A stretch of DNA of 54,498 nt, from the NCBI GenBank assembly GCA_903960945.1, contig CAJCCR010000311.1:1-54498 (forward strand). Reading direction: 5' to 3'. Positions 1 through 8,034 of the stretch are shown piece by piece (within the stretch, counting starts at the first letter, position 1; each line of letters starts with the position of its first letter). Below the pieces are notes generated by a model that worked only from the letters and a program-made list of their open reading frames with translations, made no database searches and was not told where the DNA came from. The stretch comes from an uncultured Planctomycetaceae bacterium. Lineage in GTDB: Bacteria > Planctomycetota > Planctomycetia > Gemmatales > Gemmataceae. Made by a program: the position numbers and the translations under genes.

Positions 1-264
1 GGGTCTCTCAGCCTTCCAGATGTTTTGGGCGAATATCAGAATCCTGCCTATGGAAAAATCGAACTAAAAATGCAGGGTAAAAATGTCAGGCTGATTCTTG
101 GGAATCATTTTGTTGATCTTAATCATTTGGGGTCTTCCATTCTTTATGCGCGAGATTTTGTCTTCGATAACCCTATACTTACTTTTAGCAGAGATTCTTC
201 AGGGAAGATTGTTTCTTTTAAAATAACTGGCAGGCTCAATGCCGAGTTTTTTAAACTTCCTTGA
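1..264 (+). CDS. 3' end of a gene truncated by the window edge; product not assignable
   Basis: Frame 1 is open from nt 1 (GSLSLPDVLGEYQ...) to TGA at 262-264. The M at nt 25 in the ORF track is a TTG inside an already open frame, so the true start lies upstream of the window. No diagnostic motif in the visible residues. Confidence 0.45.
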   Translation, partial: GSLSLPDVLGEYQNPAYGKIELKMQGKNVRLILGNHFVDLNHLGSSILYARDFVFDNPILTFSRDSSGKIVSFKITGRLNAEFFKLP

Positions 265-285
265 TCATTTTTTAGCAGATTGCTT

Positions 286-3057
286 TTATGCTGCTTTGCT
301 AGTTGTTCTTGCAAATGCATTTTTGTTCATGCCTGATTTGGCCTTGATAGGTGCAAGTTGCAGTAAGCTTGGAAGCCATAATATTGAACAAATCATGCAA
401 GAACTTACGCCCAATGCTAATAGAAGTCCCAAGCTGGAAAGTCCAAGGTGGGAAGATATTGATAACGAACCAAAACCCAGTACCGTTGTGAGTCCTGCAA
501 CAAATATTCCTTTGAATGTGCTGCTTTTTAACTGGTAAGGTTTGCTTCGGTCTCGTCCTAAAAAGTCATGGATTACATGCACTGCATTGTCGATACCAAC
601 CCCAACGAGAATCGGAAATGCGATCATATTCGCTGGATTAAGTTGATAGCCTAATAGCCATACTGCTCCCATGGTAATACAAAGCCCCATGACTAAGGGA
701 ATGAGTGCCAAAGTTACCAAGATGGTTTTTCTAAAGTCCCAGGATAGAACCAGAATGATTGCAATTAACGCGTAGATCCCGGCCCATTGAAATCCAGACT
801 TCATTCCTTTTAAGCCTTCAAGAGTTGTAAAAGGTTTTCCCGTTGCACGAGCGTCAACTTTTTGAATGCTACTTACGAATTCTTTAAGGTTGCTGTATTC
901 CCAAAGATTTTTCTTTGCGAATACTCTTAATAGCCATTGGTTGTTTTCACTTAAATATCGATTTCGAATTGGAGGCGGAATATCCGCCACTTCAATAAAT
1001 TCAGGCGTGGAAACTTCCTTTAATTGATGGAGGTTTTCGATAAGGTCGCCGGTGACTGCTTCTTCAAATTTTTTGAGTTCAATATTCGACATTTTGTTTG
1101 TGCTGGATAGTACACCTAAAAAGGTTACCAATTCTTTTTTAACGTCGCTTAAATCTAAAAGGGAGCTAGCTTCATTAGTTTTATTTGCAAGGAGTTGTAG
1201 TTCCTTGCTCAAGCCATCAATATCCGGTGTAGCGTGGCCTGGTTTTGATCCCCGTGTTGGTAATAACCTTAGCCTGTGTTGGATTTCTTTTAGTTGTCCT
1301 TTGTTTATTGATTGATCTTTTGGCAGCATGCTGGCTATTTCTGCAACCTGACTTACTTCTGGAAGGGCTTCAAATTTCTTTTTCCATTCGATTGCTTCTT
1401 CCCGAGTTGCAGTAAAAGTTACAGCATGCCAAGTTGCGGATGGCATTTTTTCTAGTAACACTTTTTCCCATTTCACCGAATCAAGTGAGGATGATTGTAA
1501 ATGTAGAAGGTTATGATCGTAAGAAACTTTCAGTGCTGGAATTAAAAATAAACAGGTGAGCACTATGCCAGAAATCACCATGGTTTTTGGTTTGCTAAAT
1601 AAGGAGGTAGTCCAACTATTTTGAATGTCAGGGAAAGAAAGGATGCCGGGGAACGTAGCAATGGTTTCTGATTGTAATGCGGTTTTTTTATACGATTCTG
1701 TTATTCCTAATAGGGAAGGCAGTGAGGTGAAACAGCCGAGCGCACAAAACAATATGCCGCTTCCTGCAATCCAGCCCATTTCTGAAACTGCCTGAAAATC
1801 TGCGAGCATTGCAGCGAAAAAAGCTAGAGAAGTCGTGCAGGCCGCAGTTAGAATTCCAGGCCCTACGGAGAGCGCTGTTTTTCTTATCGATTCTTCTGCA
1901 GGAACACCTTTTTTTCTGTATTCGTCGAATGCGCTAACCCACAAAACCCCATAATCACCCAACCCGATCAACATGACTGCAAAAGTTGCAGATAACAAAT
2001 TAAGATGCCCGATAGTAATGGTTAACCATCCTAATGAAAGAATGGTTCCTACTAACAAGGTTGTGATGGTAAGAACTGGATATCGCCAAGATCTGTAAAC
2101 AATAATGTATAAGAAAAGAACGCTCAAAAATGCGACCCAAGAAGCCTTTGCGCTGTCACGTTGCGAGGCATTCATTTCGTCAGCTTCTAAAACTGGTAAT
2201 CCTGTAAGGCCAAGTTGAACATCTGGATGAAGTTTTGAGATGTCATTTAATATTTCACGCATCAATTTAACTGCTGGCATGGAACTGACGAAATCTGACT
2301 TTTCCTGAGTGATGGGGCGGGCTAAAAGAATCGCTACGGATTTGTCTTCTGAAACTAGATAATTTGGTTTTGAAAGCATGGTCGTGTTGTGCTGGGATGT
2401 TGGCAGAAGGCCAACCCAGGGGCTTTTATAGGTTTCTCCAGACTCCAGATAATTTGTTGCAGCTCTGAGAATGTTTTTGAATTGGGATAGAAATGCTATG
2501 TCTGCTTCGGTCACTGTCCCACGTGCTTCAATCTGTTTTATTCTTGCGTGTGCTTCGCAAGTTATACTTTTTGTGGTAAATAAATTCCAAGCAAAGGGGA
2601 ATTCAAGCAGAGGCGCCATGTTTGCAAGATGGCCAACAATTGTGCCTATTTCTTTGGGCTCAAGAAAAAGCAAAGATCTGTTTTTTAGATTTTGCAAGTC
2701 TACTTTGAAAAAGATACGGTCAAAACTTTCTTGATGTTCTGATAGTTTTAACGCTAGTTGTTCTAAGGCATCAATTTTGTTTTGTTCGTTCCCGCCTAGC
2801 GCAACTACCACCATGTCGTCGTCTTGTCCAAACTCTGCAAGATAATGCTTCCAGTTTTGCTGGCACCATTTGCGATTACTGATCATGTCATCGCGATGGG
2901 TTTTAAACTCTAGTTTTTTGTAGGAATAGATTAACGCGGAAGCGCAAAGGAGCATTCCCAACCCAAAAACCAACCAAGGTTTTTGAAATGAAAACATGGA
3001 AACAGTACAAATTAATCTGGCAGGAAACGAATCCTTGCCATCCTTGGCGTGACTCAT
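286..3057 (-). CDS. RND-superfamily MMPL/HpnN-like membrane transporter
   Basis: 923 aa. It has an N-terminal TM, a large soluble loop and a 5-TM bundle (about aa 305-455), then a second TM, large loop and 5-TM bundle (about aa 765-900). This is the duplicated 12-TM MMPL/sterol-sensing-type RND layout. GGAAGAGG lies about 10 nt upstream of ATG 3057. Confidence 0.8.
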   Translation of the reverse strand: MSHAKDGKDSFPARLICTVSMFSFQKPWLVFGLGMLLCASALIYSYKKLEFKTHRDDMISNRKWCQQNWKHYLAEFGQDDDMVVVALGGNEQNKIDALEQLALKLSEHQESFDRIFFKVDLQNLKNRSLLFLEPKEIGTIVGHLANMAPLLEFPFAWNLFTTKSITCEAHARIKQIEARGTVTEADIAFLSQFKNILRAATNYLESGETYKSPWVGLLPTSQHNTTMLSKPNYLVSEDKSVAILLARPITQEKSDFVSSMPAVKLMREILNDISKLHPDVQLGLTGLPVLEADEMNASQRDSAKASWVAFLSVLFLYIIVYRSWRYPVLTITTLLVGTILSLGWLTITIGHLNLLSATFAVMLIGLGDYGVLWVSAFDEYRKKGVPAEESIRKTALSVGPGILTAACTTSLAFFAAMLADFQAVSEMGWIAGSGILFCALGCFTSLPSLLGITESYKKTALQSETIATFPGILSFPDIQNSWTTSLFSKPKTMVISGIVLTCLFLIPALKVSYDHNLLHLQSSSLDSVKWEKVLLEKMPSATWHAVTFTATREEAIEWKKKFEALPEVSQVAEIASMLPKDQSINKGQLKEIQHRLRLLPTRGSKPGHATPDIDGLSKELQLLANKTNEASSLLDLSDVKKELVTFLGVLSSTNKMSNIELKKFEEAVTGDLIENLHQLKEVSTPEFIEVADIPPPIRNRYLSENNQWLLRVFAKKNLWEYSNLKEFVSSIQKVDARATGKPFTTLEGLKGMKSGFQWAGIYALIAIILVLSWDFRKTILVTLALIPLVMGLCITMGAVWLLGYQLNPANMIAFPILVGVGIDNAVHVIHDFLGRDRSKPYQLKSSTFKGIFVAGLTTVLGFGSLSISSHLGLSSLGLLLALGVSSCMICSILWLPSLLQLAPIKAKSGMNKNAFARTTSKAA

Positions 3058-3247
3058 TTTATTAGCGCCTCTTCCTCTTAATCCTTAAGCCTTTCTTTGG
3101 CTTAAGAGGGGCGGATATTAGGAAAGCGCCATTATATAAACAAGGCTAAAATTGAGATTGTTCTCATTAAAACATGCCATATTTCCTATATTGTGTAGGA
3201 TGGGTCTTATCGATATTGTTATGCCTTCCTAATTTACCGGGGCTCTT

Positions 3248-3580
3248 ATGGATCTGATTCCTTTTTTGATTTTTAAGACTGAATCTGGGCAGGTTGAATT
3301 TGCCCAATGGCGAACTCAGGGCGGTGATGCTGCACTAGCAATTTTTCAAGATCGTGCAAAAGCGGAGGCTTTCATCCAAGTTTCTTCATTAGGCGAAGCT
3401 TGGTTGGTTATGCAGCCAGCCTTACCCATGTTACAGTCGGTTTTCAAAGCCATGATCCAAGCCGGAGTTTTATTTGCCGTTTTGGATCCCGATGAAAAAA
3501 GCGCCAGAACTGTTTACAACCTTGCAGAAGTTGTAGCAGCGGCGGAAAGTTGGTTTTCAACCAACAACGGAAACAAGTAA
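3248..3580 (+). CDS. hypothetical small cytoplasmic protein (110 aa)
   Basis: Clean ATG ORF filling the gap between two genes, with no signal peptide. A weak resemblance to SseB-like small alpha/beta proteins is only an impression. Confidence 0.55.
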   Translation: MDLIPFLIFKTESGQVEFAQWRTQGGDAALAIFQDRAKAEAFIQVSSLGEAWLVMQPALPMLQSVFKAMIQAGVLFAVLDPDEKSARTVYNLAEVVAAAESWFSTNNGNK

Positions 3581-3581
3581 G

Positions 3582-5036
3582 TTAAAACTTCAAGGCTGCG
3601 TTTTGATTGGTCCATTCGCTTTTTGCTTTAAGAATTGGATCGACCTCTGCAGCCAGGAATTCTTCAACTTGTTCTTTGGCTCTACCCGAGAAGCGGCCTT
3701 CAGCCATTACTTTTTCAAAATTAATGCTCGAAAACTCAGGTTCTTTTTTAAGCCTTTCAAGTAGATCATTTTTTCTACTACCGGATTTTAACTCTGCAAT
3801 CACCGCATGACTATGCTTGCGGATGACTTCATGAAGATTTTGCCTGTCGCCCCCATTTCCCACTGCTGCCATCAGAAGGTTTTCGGTTGCCATGAATGGT
3901 AGTGTTCGTTCCACTTCCGATTTAATAACTTCGGGGTTCACAACAAGGCCACGAACAATATTGATTGCGATACGCATAATGGAATCAGCGCATAAAAAGG
4001 CTTGGGGAATAGTAAGCCTGCGGTTAACGCTGTCATCGAGGGTTCGTTCTAGCCATTGTACTGCTGCGGTTTCTGCAGTGTTTCCTGCAAGTTGAATGAG
4101 GAAACGTGAAAGTCCGCACATTCTCTCCGAGCGCATCGGATTTCGTTTGTAAGCCATTGCAGACGATCCAACTTGATCTGTTTCAAAGGGTTCGTCAATT
4201 TCTTGCCGGTGTGAAAGAAGCCTGATGTCGGTCCCAAATTTTTGAGCACTTTGGCCAATTCCAGAAAGTGTTTCAAGAATTTGTGAATCTACTTTTCTGG
4301 GATAAGTTTGGCCTGTGACAGGGAATACTTGATCGAAGCCCATTTTTTTAGAGACTAGTGTATCCAGATCGCGGACTTTCTGGTGATCGCCTCTGAATAG
4401 GGAAAGAAAACTCGCTTGAGTTCCTGTGGTTCCTTTAGCGCCCCGGAATTTCATGTTTTCGATACGATAGCTTACCTCGTGGAAGTCCATGAGGAAATCT
4501 TGGGCCCAAAGGCAGGCTCTTTTCCCAACGGTGGTTAATTGCGCTGGTTGGAAGTGCGTGAACCCAAGAGTTTCAATGCCTGCATACTTACGGCTAAATT
4601 TTGCAAAGTGGTCAAGCAAGCCTACCAGCGATTTTTGTAAAAGGGTAAGCCCCTGTCTCATAAGAATGAGTTCCGTATTATCCGTTACAAAACAACTGGT
4701 TGCACCTAGATGAATGATATCCCGTGCAAGGGGGCAGCATTCTCCATAGGCATGGATATGTGCCATTACATCATGGCGGAGCCTTTGTTCGTGTTCTTCA
4801 ACACGGGCAAAATCGATGTTGTGAATATTTTGTTCAAGTTGTTTGATTTGCGGCGGGGTAATGCGTGGAGTGGTTCCATCTTCGGAAAGAAGGCCAAGTT
4901 CCATCTGGGTTTGTGCGAGTGCAACCCAAAGTTTTCGCCAGGTTGAATACCTGTTTGCAGGGTTCCAGAGCGCAACCATTTCTTTGCCCGCATAGCGCTG
5001 TACCAGAGGATTATCGTGAACTTGAGTCGTTTCCAT
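3582..5036 (-). CDS. purB: adenylosuccinate lyase
   Basis: Fumarate-lyase superfamily signature GSSAMAYKRNPMRSE and a long-form PurB N-terminus (PLVQRYAGKEMVALW). The ATG at 5036 is preferred to the TTG at 5048, but the start is uncertain by 4 codons. Confidence 0.93.
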   Translation of the reverse strand: METTQVHDNPLVQRYAGKEMVALWNPANRYSTWRKLWVALAQTQMELGLLSEDGTTPRITPPQIKQLEQNIHNIDFARVEEHEQRLRHDVMAHIHAYGECCPLARDIIHLGATSCFVTDNTELILMRQGLTLLQKSLVGLLDHFAKFSRKYAGIETLGFTHFQPAQLTTVGKRACLWAQDFLMDFHEVSYRIENMKFRGAKGTTGTQASFLSLFRGDHQKVRDLDTLVSKKMGFDQVFPVTGQTYPRKVDSQILETLSGIGQSAQKFGTDIRLLSHRQEIDEPFETDQVGSSAMAYKRNPMRSERMCGLSRFLIQLAGNTAETAAVQWLERTLDDSVNRRLTIPQAFLCADSIMRIAINIVRGLVVNPEVIKSEVERTLPFMATENLLMAAVGNGGDRQNLHEVIRKHSHAVIAELKSGSRKNDLLERLKKEPEFSSINFEKVMAEGRFSGRAKEQVEEFLAAEVDPILKAKSEWTNQNAALKF

Positions 5037-5229
5037 AAAGTTTTCCAAGAAAAATTAAGGGTGCCGTGATTATTCGCTATGAATGCTCACCTTTTCGAAA
5101 TCGCCAAATAACCAACTTTCATCATCAAAGTATTGTAAAGAATTGTTCTGAAAAAACTTCTTTTAATTGAAATGGTGCTAGTGTTTATTTTAGTAACCCA
5201 AAGGCATCGGGTCAGGAGGACATTTTACG

Positions 5230-5541
5230 ATGAGGCTTATTTACAAAATAGTAATGTTGGTTGTGATTGGATTTATTGGGCAAAGTGCAATTGAAAATCG
5301 TGCATTAGCTCAAACGAATGATGGAAACTTGCAAAGGTTTTTTCACTATCCGTATTATTATTTTCCACACAATTACTGGCCTTCCATGGGGCCAAAATGG
5401 CCTGAAAGACCAGGCCAGCCTTATATGCCGCCACCTGCATACATGGCTAATCCTCCTTTCAGAGAGCCTCATTGGCGTTACGAAAGCCAGAAACCCCAGA
5501 AATATTATAGTGGTTTCCACTTCTGGCTAGATCAGTTCTAA
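5230..5541 (+). CDS. small secreted Pro/Tyr/Trp-rich protein (103 aa)
   Basis: Strong AGGAGGA Shine-Dalgarno 9-16 nt upstream of the ATG. The N-terminal signal peptide ends in ALAQ, and a terminator hairpin follows the gene. The mature part is HYPYYYFPHNYWPSMGPKWPERPGQPYMPPPAYMANPPF... Confidence 0.75.
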   Translation: MRLIYKIVMLVVIGFIGQSAIENRALAQTNDGNLQRFFHYPYYYFPHNYWPSMGPKWPERPGQPYMPPPAYMANPPFREPHWRYESQKPQKYYSGFHFWLDQF

Positions 5542-5562
5542 ATCGCAAATTGTTATTCGTAA

Positions 5563-5600
5563 AAAAAGGAAGACCTAATTGTTATTGGGCCTTCCTTTTT
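5563..5600 (+). terminator. probable intrinsic terminator after the 5230-5541 gene
   Basis: AAAGGAAG(a)CC ... GG(c)CTTCCTTT hairpin with an 8-bp perfect core, followed by a T-run (ttttt) at 5596-5600. Confidence 0.6.
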
Positions 5601-5662
5601 GCATTTGCTGCTTCAGTTTGCGATAATAAAAATTGGTACCAGCATTCTTAAAGAGGCCTCAA

Positions 5663-6694
5663 ATGTCTAAACCAGAACCCGGGGAAAATCCTGCAAAAGA
5701 TAAAAAAAAGCCAGTCGCCTCCAATCAAATCGATGTGCAGGGCGTTGCTGAAAAAGTAACTTCGAACATTGAAAAAGTAATATTGGGAAAGCGCAAGCAG
5801 ATTCTGCTGGCTCTTGCGGCTTACCTTGCAGAGGGGCACATACTTCTTGAAGATGTTCCAGGTGTGGCGAAAACCATATTAGCTAGGGCGATTTCCCGCA
5901 GCGTTGGTTGTGTCTTTAAAAGGGTCCAATGTACACCCGACCTGCTTCCTAGCGATATTAATGGGGTTTCCATTTTTAATCAGAAAACAGCCGAGTTTGA
6001 ATTTAGGCCAGGCCCTATTTTTGCTCAAACTGTTCTTGCAGATGAAATTAACCGTGCCACTCCTCGAACCCAGGCTGCACTTTTAGAAGCCATGGCTGAA
6101 AGAAGGGTGACTGCCGATGGTCAAACCTATAATCTTAAGCCACCTTTTCTTGTAATAGCTACTCAAAATCCGGTAGACCATGAAGGCACTTTTCCATTAC
6201 CCGAGGCCCAATTAGATCGATTCTTAATTAAATTAAGTCTGGGATACCCAACCATTGAAGAAGAAGCCTTGATGCTTAAAAGGTTGCAGTTTGGCCACCC
6301 GATTGATGATGTTGTGCCCGTCGTTAGTTCTGCAGACTGGATGGCTTGCCAGGAAGTGGTCAGGAAGATTCATTTGGATGATCAAATCCGAACCTACATT
6401 CTTGAGATCGTTCATGGCACCCGGGATAACGAAAATATTTTATTAGGTGGAAGTCCACGAGCATCGCTTTCATTGCAAAGGGCGGCACAAGCAAGCGCTG
6501 CAATTCAAGGAAGAACTTTCGTGGTTCCGGATGATGTGAAAAAGTTAGTTGCTCCGGTGCTTTCGCATCGCATCATTCTCAAGCCTGAGACACGACTTAG
6601 GAAAATTAAAACGGAAGATGTCATCAATGATGTCTTAGATGATATTCCAGTGCCTGTTTCCTCGGATTATCACACTGAAAAAGATTATTTCTAA
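5663..6694 (+). CDS. MoxR-family AAA+ ATPase
   Basis: Walker A is PGVAKT and Walker B is VLADEINRA. TQNPVDHEGTFPLPEAQLDRF is typical of MoxR. ATG 5663 (AGAGG upstream) is preferred to TTG 5633. The stop overlaps the next start (TAATG). Confidence 0.92.
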   Translation: MSKPEPGENPAKDKKKPVASNQIDVQGVAEKVTSNIEKVILGKRKQILLALAAYLAEGHILLEDVPGVAKTILARAISRSVGCVFKRVQCTPDLLPSDINGVSIFNQKTAEFEFRPGPIFAQTVLADEINRATPRTQAALLEAMAERRVTADGQTYNLKPPFLVIATQNPVDHEGTFPLPEAQLDRFLIKLSLGYPTIEEEALMLKRLQFGHPIDDVVPVVSSADWMACQEVVRKIHLDDQIRTYILEIVHGTRDNENILLGGSPRASLSLQRAAQASAAIQGRTFVVPDDVKKLVAPVLSHRIILKPETRLRKIKTEDVINDVLDDIPVPVSSDYHTEKDYF

Positions 6695-8025
6695 TGTATT
6701 GGCTACTTGGAATAACGCTGATCGGATTTTCTGCCCAAGTTTTGGGCTCCGGCCTCCTTGCGTTCTCTGCCTACTTAATGGCCTTGATCTTGATAAGCAG
6801 TCGGATGTTGGCTTGGCATTGGGCGAGCGGGTTAAGAATTGAAAGAAAAATGCGCTGCACCCTTGCAGAAGTTGGCGATAAGGTAAGGGTTAAAGTTTTA
6901 GTCCGCTATCTGGGTTTAATCCCTATTCCTTGGGTAATTTTAGAAGATCTGTTACCTGAAGATGCTATTAACCCTCGGCATCCATTCTTGAAATTGAAAG
7001 GGAAAAGGCTTAAAGTCTTATCGATGTTTTCGATGCAAACAGAAGAATTTTCTTATTCTCTTGAATGCATGCACCGTGGTTTTTTTCAGATTGGGCCCGT
7101 GTTTGCAGAAACCGGAGACCCTTTTGGCTTCATGCGAAGATATCGCATTGGATGCCAACCTTTTTATTTGCTCGTGCTTCCCAAGATAACTCATTTGCTT
7201 GGTTATGATTTAACCTCACGAAGGCCGATTGGTGAAATTCAAATGGTTATGAAAATATTTGAAGACCCTACCAGAATAGCAGGGGTTCGCGATTATGAAC
7301 CAGGTGACCCGATGTCCCGTATCCACTGGAAAGCCAGTGCCCGAACAGGTGTGTTTCAATGTAAAATATTCGAGCCAACCTGCCTTGCTGGTGCGATGAT
7401 CTTATTAGATTTTCATGAATCAAATTTTCCACCACGAGGAGAACCTTTTCGCTCGGAGCTCGCAATCGATGCTGCGGTTTCACTTGCCCATGCAGTTTGT
7501 TTGTTGAATCAACCATTTGGGATTGGAACGAATGCCACCGATGCCGCATTTAATGTTCAAGAAAATGAAAGTGAGCCAGAAGTCGATACTCGGGCAGAAG
7601 CTCGAACTTTTATGCTGGATAGCAGTAGGCCAAACCATTTGCAGCCAATGTTTTTACCATCACGAAGAGGTGTTGAGCACTTGCAATTGTTAAGGGAAAT
7701 GATGGGCCGTGCCCTTAAATCAGATTCTCTCAAATTCTCTGAAATGATTAGAGAAGTTTCAATCCATTTGCCCAGAGATTTAACTCTTGTTGCTGTTCTT
7801 TCTGGCGTAACCGAAGAAACGGCTATGATGCTCGGGAATTTGAAACAGCAGGGGTTTGCTGTGTCCGTTGTTTTAATTCAATTTGATGATGAGGGGTTGA
7901 ATCGTGCTTTTAAAAAATTGATCGCTAATGGTATCCGCGAGATTCGCCACGCCATTGATCAAGAGTCTCTTCCGCAGCTTTGTAGATCCCAGATCGATCG
8001 AACTTCTCTTTTAAGCCTTGTCTAG
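6694..8025 (+). CDS. DUF58 domain protein (MoxR partner, degenerate VWA-like)
   Basis: Two N-terminal TM helices and the DUF58 hallmark VRDYEPGDPMSRIHWKASARTG. The start is translationally coupled to the MoxR stop (TAATG at 6692-6696). Confidence 0.88.
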   Translation: MYWLLGITLIGFSAQVLGSGLLAFSAYLMALILISSRMLAWHWASGLRIERKMRCTLAEVGDKVRVKVLVRYLGLIPIPWVILEDLLPEDAINPRHPFLKLKGKRLKVLSMFSMQTEEFSYSLECMHRGFFQIGPVFAETGDPFGFMRRYRIGCQPFYLLVLPKITHLLGYDLTSRRPIGEIQMVMKIFEDPTRIAGVRDYEPGDPMSRIHWKASARTGVFQCKIFEPTCLAGAMILLDFHESNFPPRGEPFRSELAIDAAVSLAHAVCLLNQPFGIGTNATDAAFNVQENESEPEVDTRAEARTFMLDSSRPNHLQPMFLPSRRGVEHLQLLREMMGRALKSDSLKFSEMIREVSIHLPRDLTLVAVLSGVTEETAMMLGNLKQQGFAVSVVLIQFDDEGLNRAFKKLIANGIREIRHAIDQESLPQLCRSQIDRTSLLSLV

Positions 8026-8034
8026 GAAACGCAC

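Noticed and set aside
239-538. 99-aa + strand ORF overlapping the 3' end of the MMPL gene
   Set aside because: It is antisense to a strongly supported transporter gene and has no motif.
3084-3106. CTTAAGCC/GGCTTAAG hairpin considered as a terminator
   Set aside because: Neither strand has a T-tract after it, and it lies upstream of the MMPL start codon between divergent genes. It is more likely a leader or promoter-region structure.
3607-4993. Several 67-78-aa ORFs nested in or antisense to purB, and similar ones inside the permease, apgM, UxaA and hom genes
   Set aside because: All are embedded in genes with unambiguous family signatures. They are typical random ORFs for this base composition.
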